Shown: piece by piece, positions 54,831 to 64,000 of the stretch
How the letters are laid out: every line of letters starts with the position of its first letter
How positions within the stretch are numbered: the stretch's first letter is position 1
NCBI RefSeq assembly: GCF_009914755.1
Contig: NC_060933.1
DNA from: the human T2T-CHM13v2.0 reference genome, Homo sapiens
Length of the DNA: 64,000 bases
Strand: one strand, 5' to 3'
Made by a program: the position numbers and the translations under genes
Notes under the pieces: generated by a model
The model's database searches: none
What the model saw: only the letters and a program-made list of their open reading frames with translations
Told to the model about the DNA's origin: nothing

Positions 54831-56315
54831 TTAACCCGAATAGAATGGAATGGAATGGAATGGAACGGAACGGAATGGAATGGAATGGAATGGAATGGAA
54901 TGGAATGGAACGGAAAGGAATGGAATGGAATGCAATGGAAAGGAATGGAATGGAATGGAATGGAATGGAATGGAATGGAATCAACGCGAGTGCAGGGGAA
55001 TGGAATGGAATCGAATTTAATGGAATGGAATGGAATGGAATCAACCCGACTGTAGGGGAATGTAATGGAACTGAATGCAATGGAATGGAATCATCTGGAA
55101 TGGAATGGAATGGAATGGAATGGAATGGAATCAACCCAAGTACAGGGGAATGGAATGGAATGCAATGCAATGGAATGGAATCATCCGTAATGGAATGGAA
55201 ATGAATGGAATGGAAAGGAATGGAATGGAATGGAATGGAATGGAATGGAATGGAATGGAATGGAATCAACTCGATTGCAATCGAATGGAATGGAATGGAA
55301 TTAACCCGAATAGAATGGAATGGAATGGAATGGAACGGAACGGAACGGAATGGAATGGAATGGAATGGAATGGAATGGAATGGAACCGAACGGAACGGAA
55401 TGGAATGGAATGGAATCAACGCGAGTGCAGGGGAATGGAATGGAATGGAATGCAATGGAATGGAATCTTCCGGAATGGAATGGAATGGAATGGAATGCAA
55501 TGGATTCAACTCGATTGCAATGGTATGGAGTAGAATGGAATTGAATGGAATGGAATGGAATGGAATGGAATGGAATTAACCCGAATAGAATGGAATGGAA
55601 TGGAATGGAACGGAACGGAATGGAATGGAATGGAATGGAATGGAATGGAATGGAACGGAAAGGAATGGAATGGAATGCAATGGAAAGGAATGGAATGGAA
55701 TGTAATGGAATGGAATGGAATGGAATCAACGCGAGTGCAGGGGAATGGAATGGAATCGAATTTAATGGAATGGAATGGAATGGAATCAACCCGACTGTAG
55801 GGGAATGTAATGGAACTGAATGCAATGGAATGGAATCATCCGGAATGGAATGGAATGGAATGGAATGGAATCAACCCAAGTACAGGGGAATGGAATGGAA
55901 TGCAATGCAATGGAATGGAATCATCCGTAATGGAATGGAAATGAATGGAATGGAAAGGAATGGAATGGAATGGAATGGAATGGAATGGAATGGAATGGAA
56001 TGGAATCAACTCGATTGCAATCGAATGGAATGGAATGGAATTAACCCGAATAGAATGGAATGGAATGGAATGGAACGGAACGGAACGGAATGGAATGGAA
56101 TGGAATGGAATGGAATGGAATGGAACCGAACGGAACGGAATGGAATGGAATGGAATCAACGCGAGTGCAGGGGAATGGAATGGAATGGAATGCAATGGAA
56201 TGGAATCTTCCGGAATGGAATGGAATGGAATGGAATGCAATGGATTCAACTCGATTGCAATGGTATGGAGTAGAATGGAATTGAATGGAATGGAATGGAA
56301 TGGAATGGAATGGAA
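54831..56315 (-). repeat. Near-identical 740-745-bp tandem duplication
   Basis: tcgaatttaa 55011/55756; tcaacccaag 55131/55871; tggaaccgaa 55381/56121; tggtatggagtag 55521/56261. ORF-track peptides at 55205 and 55945 are identical. Confidence 0.92.
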
Positions 56316-59029
56316 TTAACCCGAATAGAATGGAATGGAATGGAACGGAATGGAACGGAACGGAACGGAACGGAATGGAATGGAATGGAATGGAATGGAA
56401 TGGTATGGAATGGAATGGAATGGAATGGAGTCAACGCGAGTGCAGGGGAATGTAATGGAACGGAATGCAATGGAATGGAATCATCCGGAATGGAATGGAA
56501 TGGAATGGAATGGAATGGAATGGAATGGAGTCAACCCGAGTGCAATGGAATGGAGTGGAATGGAATGGAATGGAATGGAACAACCCGAATGGAATGGAAT
56601 GTAATGGAGAGTAAGGGAGTTGAATAGAATCAATCCGAATGTAATGGAATGGAACGGAATGGAATGGAATGGAATGGAATGGAATGGAATGGAATGGAAT
56701 GGAATGCAAAGGAATGGAATCAACCCGAGTACAATGGAATGGAATGGAATGGAATGGAATGGAATGGAATGGAATCCACCCGAGTGCAATGGAATGGAGA
56801 GGAATGGAATGGAATGGAATGGAAACTACCCGAATGGAATGGAATGTAATGGAGTGTAAGGGAATTGAATAGAATCAATCCGAATGGAACGGAATGGAAT
56901 GGAACGGAATTTAATGTAATGGAATGGAATGGAATCAACCCGAGTGCAGGGGAATGGAATGGAATGGAATGCAATGGAATGGAATCATCCGGAATGGAAT
57001 GTAATGGAATGCAATGGAATGGAATGGAATGGAATCAACCCGAGTGCAATGGAATGGAGTGAAATGGAATGGAATGGAATCGAATGGAAACAACCAGAAT
57101 GGATTGGAATATAATGGAGTGTAAGGGAGTTGAATAGAATCAATCTGAATGTAATGAAATGGAATGGAACGGAATGGAATGCAATGGAATGGAATGGAAT
57201 GGAATGGAATGCAATGGAATGGAATCAACCCGAGTACAGGGGAATGGAATGGAATGGAATGCAATGGAATGGAATCATCCGTAATGGAATGGAAAGCAAT
57301 GGAATGGAATGGAATGGAATGGAATGGAATGGAATGGAATGGAATGGAATGGAATCAACTCGATTGCAATCGAATGGAATGGAATGGAATTAACCCGAAT
57401 AGAATGGAATGGAATGGAATGGAATGGAACGGAAAGGAATGGAATGGAACGGAATGGAATGGAATGGAATGGAACGGAACGGAATGGAATGGAATGGAAT
57501 TGAATGGAATGGAATGGAATCAACCCAACTGCAGGGGAATGGAATGGAATGGAATGCAATGGAATGGAATCATGCGGAACGGAATGCAATGGAATGGAAT
57601 GGAATCAACACGAGTGCAATGGAATGGATTGGAATGGAATGGAATGGAATGGAATGGAACTACCCGAATGGAATGGAATGTAATGGAGAGTAAGGGAGTT
57701 GAATAGAATCAATCCGAATGTAATGGAAAGGAATGGAAAGGAATGGAATGGAATGGAATGGAATGCAATGGAATGGAATCAAACCGAGTACAATGGATTG
57801 GAATGGAATGGAATGGAATGGAATGGAATGGAATCAACACGAGTGCAATGGAATGGAGTGGAATGGAATGGAATGGAATGGAACAACGCGAATGGAATGG
57901 AATGTAATGGAGAGTAAGGGAGTTGAATAGAAACAATCCGAATGTAATGGAATGGAACGGAATGGAATGGAATGGAATGGAATGGAATGGAATGGAATGG
58001 AATGCAATGGAAGGGAATCAACCCGAGTACAATGGAATGGAATTGAATGGAATGGAATGGAATGGAATGGAAACAATGGAATGGAATCAACCCGAGTGCA
58101 ATGGAATGGAGAGGAATGGAATGGAATGGAATGGAAACTACCCGAATGGAATGGAATGTAATGGAGTGTAAGGGAATTGAATAGAATCAATCCAAATGGA
58201 ATGGAATGGAATGGAACGGAATGTAAAGAATGGAATGGAATGGAATCAACGCGAGTGCAGGGGAATGGAATGGAATGGAATGCAACGGAATGGAATCATC
58301 CGGAATGGAATGGAATGGAATGCAATGGAATGGAATGGAATGGAATCAACCCGAGTGCAATGGAATGGAGTGAAATGGAATGGAATGGAATGGAAACAAC
58401 CAGAATGGATTGGAATATAATGGAGTGTAAGTGAATTGAATAGAATCAATCTGAATGTAATGAAATGGAATGGAACGGAATGGAATGGAATGGAATGGAA
58501 TTGAATGGAATGGAATGGAATGCAATGGAATGGAATCAACCCGAGTGCAATCGAATGGAATCGAATGGAATGGAATGCAATGGAATGGATTCAACTTGAA
58601 TGGAATGGAAAGAATGGAATCAACACGAGTGGAATGGCATGGATTGGAATGGAATGGAATGGAATCAACCCGAGTACAGGGGAATGGAATGGAATGGAAT
58701 GCAATGGAATGGAATCATCCGTAATGGAATGGAAAGGAATGCAGTGGAATGGAATGGAATGGAATGGAATCAACTCGATTGCAATCGAATGGAATGGAAT
58801 GGAATTAACCCGAATAGAATGGAATGGAATGGAATGGAACGGAACGGAATGGAATGGAATGGAATGGAATGCAACGGAACGGAACGGAATGGAATGGAAT
58901 GGAATGGAATGGAATGGAATGGAATGGAATCAACGCGAGTGCACGGGAATGGAATGGAATGGAATGCAATGGAATGGAATCTTCCGGAATGGAATGGAAT
59001 GGAATGGAATGGAATGGAATGGAATGGAA

Positions 59030-59560
59030 TCAACCCGAGTGCAATGGAATGGAGTGGAATGGAATGTAATGGAATGGAACAACCCGAATGGAATGGAATG
59101 GAATGGAGAGTAAGGGAGTTGAATAGAATCAATCTGAATGGAATGGAATGGAATGGAACGGAATGGAATTGAATGGAATGGAATGGAATGCAATGGAATG
59201 GAATCAACCCGAGTGCAATGGAATGGAGAGGAATGGAATGGAATATAATGGAATGGAACAACCCGAATGGAATGGAATGGAATGGAGAGTAAGGGAGTTG
59301 AATAGAATCAATCCGAATGGAATGGAATGGAATGGAACGGAATGGAATTGAATGGAATGGAATGGAATGCAATGGAATGGAATCAACCCGAGTGCAATGG
59401 AATGGAGAGGAATGGAATGGAATGGAATGGAAACTACCCGAATGGAATGGAATGTAATGGAGTGTAAGGGAATTGAATAGAATCAATCCGAATGTAATGG
59501 AATCGAATGGAAAGGAATGGAATGGAATGGAATGGAATGGAATGGAATGGAATGGAATGG
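59030..59560 (-). repeat. ~175-179-bp unit repeated about three times
   Basis: gagagtaaggg at 59106 and 59285, gagtgtaaggg at 59460; each is preceded by caacccgagtgcaatgg and (a/t)acccgaa. Confidence 0.7.
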
Positions 59561-59629
59561 AATGCAATGGAATGGAATCAACCCGAGTGCAATCGAATGG
59601 AATCGAATGGAATGGAATACAATGGAATG

Positions 59630-62600
59630 GATTCAACTTGAATGGAATGGAAAGAATGGAATCAACACGAGTGGAATGGCATGGATTGGAATGGAATGGA
59701 ATGGAATCAACCCGAGTACAGGGGAATGGAATGGAATGGAATGCAATGGAATGGAATCATCCGTAATGGAATGGAAAGGAATGGAATGGAATGGAATGGA
59801 ATGGAATGGAATGGAATGGAATGGAATGGAATCAACTCGATTGCAATCGAATGGAATGGAATGGAATTAACCCGAATAGAATGGAATGGAATGGAATGGA
59901 ACGGAACGGAATGGAATGGAATGGAATGGAATGGAATGGAATGGAATCAACGCGAGTGTAGGGCAATTGAATGGAATGGAATGTAATGGAATGGAATCTT
60001 CCGGAATGGAATGGAATGGAATGGAATGGAATGGAATGGAATCAACTCGATTGCAATCGAATCGAATGGAATGGAATTAACCCGAATAGAATGGAATGGA
60101 ATGGAATGGAACGGAACGTAATGGAATGGAATGGAATAGAATGGAATGGAATGGAATGGAACGGAACGGAATGGAATGGAATGGAATGGAATCAACGCGA
60201 GTGCATGCGAATGGAATGGAATGGAATGCAATGGAATGGAATCTTCCGAAATGGAATGGAATGGAATGGAATGGAATGAAATGCAATGGGTTCAACTCGA
60301 TTGCAATGGAATGGAACAGAATGGAATGGAATGGAATGGAATGGAATTAATTCGAATAGAATGGAATGGAATGGAATGGAACGGAATGAAACGGAATGGA
60401 ATGTAATGGAATGGAATTGTATGGAACGGAATGGAATGGTACGGAATAGAATGGAATGGAAAGAATTGTAATGGAATGGAATTGAATGGAATGGAATGGA
60501 ATGGAATGGAATGGAATCAACGCGAGTGCAGGGGAATGTAATGGAACGGAATGCAATGGAATGGAATCATCCGCAATGGAATGGAATGGAATGGAATGGA
60601 ATGGAATGGAATGGAATGGAATCAACCCGAGTGCAATGGAATGGAGTGGAATGGAATGGAATGGAACAACCCGAATGGAATGGAATGTAGCGGAGAGTAA
60701 GGGAGTAGAATAGAATCAATCCGAATGTAATGGAATGGAATGCAACGGAATGGAATGGAATGGAATGGAATGGAATGCAATGGAATTGAATCAACCCGAG
60801 TACAATGGAATGGAATGGAATGGAATGGAATGGAAGGGAATGGAATGGAATGGAATGATACGGAACAGAATGGAATGGAACGAAATGGAATGGAATGGAA
60901 TGGAATGCAATGGAATGGAATGGAATGGAATGGAATGGAATGGAATCGTTCCGAGTGGAATAGGAGGGAAAGTATTCGAGTGGAATGGAAAGGAATGGAA
61001 TCAACCAGAATGGAATGGAAGGGAATGGAATGGAATGGATACTAATAGAATGGAATCAACCCGAGAGGAATGGAATGGAAAGGACTGGAATGGAATGGAA
61101 TGGAATGGAATCAACTCGATTGTAATGGAATGGAATGGAATGAAATGGAATGGAATGGAATTAACCCGAATACAATGCAATGGAATGGAATGGAACGGAA
61201 TGGAGTGGAATGGAATGGAATCAACCCGAGTGCAGGGGAATGGAATGGAATGGAATGCAATGGAATGGAATCATCCGGAATGGAATGGAATGGAATGGAA
61301 TGCAAAGCAATGGAATCAACTCGATTGCAATGGAATGGAATGGAATGGAAAGGAATACATTGGAATCAACCCGAGTGGAATGGAATGGAAAGGACTGGAA
61401 TGGAGTGGAATGGAATGGAATGGAATGGAATGGAATGGAATGGAATCAACTCGATTGGAATGGAATGGAATGGAATGGAATGGAATGGAATGGAATTAAC
61501 CCGAATAGAATGGAATGGAATGGAATGGAACGGAAAGGAACAGAATGGAATGGAATGGAATGGAATGGAATGGAATGGAATGGAAACAACCCGACTGCAG
61601 GGGAATGGAATGGAATGGAATGCAAAGGAATGGATTCAACTTGAATGGAATGGAAAGAATGGAATCAACACGAGTGGAATGGCATGGATTGGAATGGAAT
61701 GGAATGGAATCTACCCGAGTACAGGGGAATGGAATGGAATGGAATGCAATGGAATGGAATGGAATGGAATGGAATGGAATCAACTCGATTGCAATCGAAT
61801 GGAATGGAATGGAATTAACCCGAATAGAATGGAATGGAATGGAATGGAACGGAACGGAACGGAATGAAATGGATTTGAATGGAATGGAATGGAATGGAAT
61901 GGAACGGAAAGGAATGGAATGGAATGGAATGGAATGGAATGGAATGGAATGGAATGGAATCAACGCGAGTGCAGGGGAATGGAATGGAATGGAATGCAAT
62001 GGAATGGAATCTTCCGGAATGGAATGGAATGGAATGGAATGGAATGGAACGGAATAAACCCGAGTGCAATGGAATGGAGTGGAATGGAATGGAAATGAAT
62101 GGAACGGAACAAACCCGAGTGCAATGGAATGGAGTGGAATGGAATGGAATGGAATTGAACAACCCGAATGGAATGGAATGTAATGGAGAGTAAGGGAGTT
62201 GAATAGAATGAATCCGAATGTAATGGAATGGAATGGAACGGAATGGAATTGAATGGAATGGAATGGAATGCAATGGAATGGAATCAACCCGAGTTCAATG
62301 GAATGGATAGGAATGGAATGGAATGGAATGGAAACTACCCGAATGGAATGGAATGTAATGGAGTGTAAGGGAATTGAATAGAATCAATCCGAATGTAATG
62401 GAATGGAATAGAACGGAATGGAATGGAATGGAATGGAATGGAATGGAATGCAATGGAATGGAATCAAACCGAGTGCAATCGAATGGAATCGAATGGAATG
62501 GAATGCAATGGAATGGATTCAACTTGAATGGAATGGAAAGAATGGACTCAACACGAGTGGAAGGGCATGGATTGGAATGCAATGGAATGGAATCAACCCG

Positions 62601-64000
62601 AGTACAGGGGAATGGAATGGAATGGAATATAATGGAATGGAATCATCCGTAATGGAATGGAAAGGAATGGAATGGAATGGAATGGAATGGAATGGAATGG
62701 AATGGAATCAACTCGATTGCAATTGAATGGAATGGAATGGAATTAACCCGAATAGAATGGAATGGAATGGAATGGAATGGAATGGAACGGAAAGGAAGGG
62801 AATGGAATGGAATAGAATGGAATGGAATGGAATCAACGCGAGTGCAGGGGAATGGAATGGAATGGAATGCAATGGAATGGAATCTTCCGGAATGGAATGG
62901 AATGGAATGGAATGGAATGGAATGGGATCAACCGGAGTGCAATGGAATGGAGTGGAATGGAATGGAATGGAATGGAATAACCCGAATGGAATGGAATGTA
63001 ATGGAGAGTAAGGGAGTTGAATAGAATCAATCCGAATGTAATGGAATGGAATGGAACGGAATGGAATTGAATGGAATGGAATGGAATACAATGGAATGGA
63101 ATCAACCCGAGTTCAATGGAATGGAGAGGAATGCAATGGAATTGAATGGAAACTACCCGAATGGAATGGAATGTAATGGAGTGTAAGGGAATTGAATAGA
63201 ATCAATCCGAATGTAATGGAATGGAATGGAACGGAATGGAATGGAATGGAATGGAATGGAATGGAATGGAATGCAATGGAATGGATTCAACTTGAATGGA
63301 ATGGAAAGAATGGAATCAACACGAGTGGAATGGCATGGATTGGAATGGAATGGAATGGAATCAACCCGAGTACAGGGGAATGGAATGGAATGGAATGCAA
63401 TGGAATGGAATCATCCGTAATGGAATGGAAAGGAATAGAATGGAATGGAATGGAATGGAATCAACTCGATTGCAATCGAATGGAATGGAATGGAATTAAC
63501 CCGAATAGAATGGAATTGAATGGAATGGAACGGAACGGAATGGAATGGAATGGAATGGAATGGAATGGAATGGAATCAACGCGAGTGTAGGGCAATTGAA
63601 TGGAATGGAATGTAATGGAATGGAATCTTCCGGAATGGAATGGAATGGAATGGAATGGAATGGAATGGAATCAACTCGATTGCAATCGAATCGAATGGAA
63701 TGGAATTAACCCGAATAGAATGGAATGGAATGGAATGGAACGGAACGTAATGGAATGGAATGGAATAGAATGGAATGGAATGGAATGGAACGGAACGGAA
63801 TGGAATGGAATGGAATGGAATCAACGCGAGTGCATGCGAATGGAATGGAATGGAATGCAATGGAATGGAATCTTCCGAAATGGAATGGAATGGAATGGAA
63901 TGGAATGAAATGCAATGGGTTCAACTCGATTGCAATGGAATGGAACAGAATGGAATGGAATGGAATGGAATGGAATTAATTCGAATAGAATGGAATGGAA
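59630..64000 (-). repeat. 3629-bp period (second copy runs off the window end)
   Basis: gggcaattga 59961/63590; gtgcatgcga 60201/63830. ORF-track peptides at 59971/63600 and 60096/63725 are identical. Confidence 0.9.

Larger units (their letters stand above)
51220..63636. promoter_or_regulatory. Dispersed set of ten perfect heat-shock elements GGAAT-CTTCC-GGAAT
   Basis: 15-mers start at 51220, 52088, 54293, 55462, 56202, 58976, 59993, 62006, 62879 and 63622. Two copies with a mutated third unit are at 60238 and 63867. Confidence 0.5.
40042..64000 (-). repeat. HSat3-type satellite array, inverted (GGAAT on +)
   Basis: Continuous (GGAAT)n with caacccgagt, caactcgatt and gagtgcagggg, the reverse complements of the left-arm interruptions. 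Confidence 0.96.
47936..64000 (-). repeat. Satellite sub-domain 'dialect B', - orientation
   Basis: Recurrent gagagtaagggagttgaatag (first at ~48081), ggaaagaatgg, caacgcgagtgcagggg, tcatccgtaa, tcttccggaa, ccgagtaca and (cggaa)n runs. Confidence 0.8.

Noticed and set aside
60238-60252. HSE at ggaatcttccgaaat (also 63867)
   Set aside because: The third unit has AAA where GAA is required, so it was not counted as perfect.
1-64000. Hundreds of ORFs up to 494 aa (e.g. 5197-6681+, 11393-12736-, 45821-46945+)
   Set aside because: A CATTC/GAATG repeat has no stop codons and yields a 5-aa repeat in every frame. The ORFs overlap in all six frames and contain no recognisable domain.
1-64000. CRISPR-like pattern of conserved motifs separated by spacers
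   Set aside because: The 'spacers' are pentamer runs rather than unique sequence, spacing is irregular, and there are no cas genes.
1-64000. Transposon, Alu/L1, tRNA, rRNA or telomeric insertions
   Set aside because: No stretch leaves the satellite pattern. I saw no poly-A tail, target-site duplication or TTAGGG tract.
1-64000. Assignment to HSat2, DYZ1 or a specific chromosome (e.g. 9q12)
   Set aside because: HSat2-type CGATGATG words were not seen and there is no regular ~3.56-kb unit across the window. Chr9 HSat3 is plausible given the inversion, but it needs a subfamily k-mer comparison that I cannot run.

Overview
The whole 64 kb is a diverged (CATTC/GAATG)n tandem array interrupted by short motifs such as A(C/T)TCGGGTTG and AATCGAGTTG. 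This is the signature of classical human/great-ape Satellite 3 (HSat3) pericentromeric heterochromatin. I see no genes, RNA genes, transposon insertions or CRISPR arrays, and every ORF in the track is a by-product of the 5-bp period (FHSIP / MEWNG). The informative signal is architectural. (1) There is one clean strand inversion at 40041-40043, with a 2-3 bp microhomology and a perfect 19-bp stem around a 9-nt loop. (2) Two sequence variants ('dialects') are arranged in mirror order: B(+) 1-~1270 | A(+) ~1270-40043 | A(-) 40042-~47935 | B(-) ~47935-64000. (3) Nested duplications run from 50 bp to ~10.2-10.5 kb, including a 3629-bp period. (4) Perfect three-unit heat-shock elements (GGAATCTTCCGGAAT) occur only in dialect B. 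(5) A B-type patch replaces an A-type segment inside the A(-) block. (6) Every pentamer register shift I traced is -1 mod 5. Coordinates were read by eye: motif positions should be accurate to a few bases, block boundaries to about 50-100 bp. Chromosome and subfamily cannot be fixed from the sequence alone.
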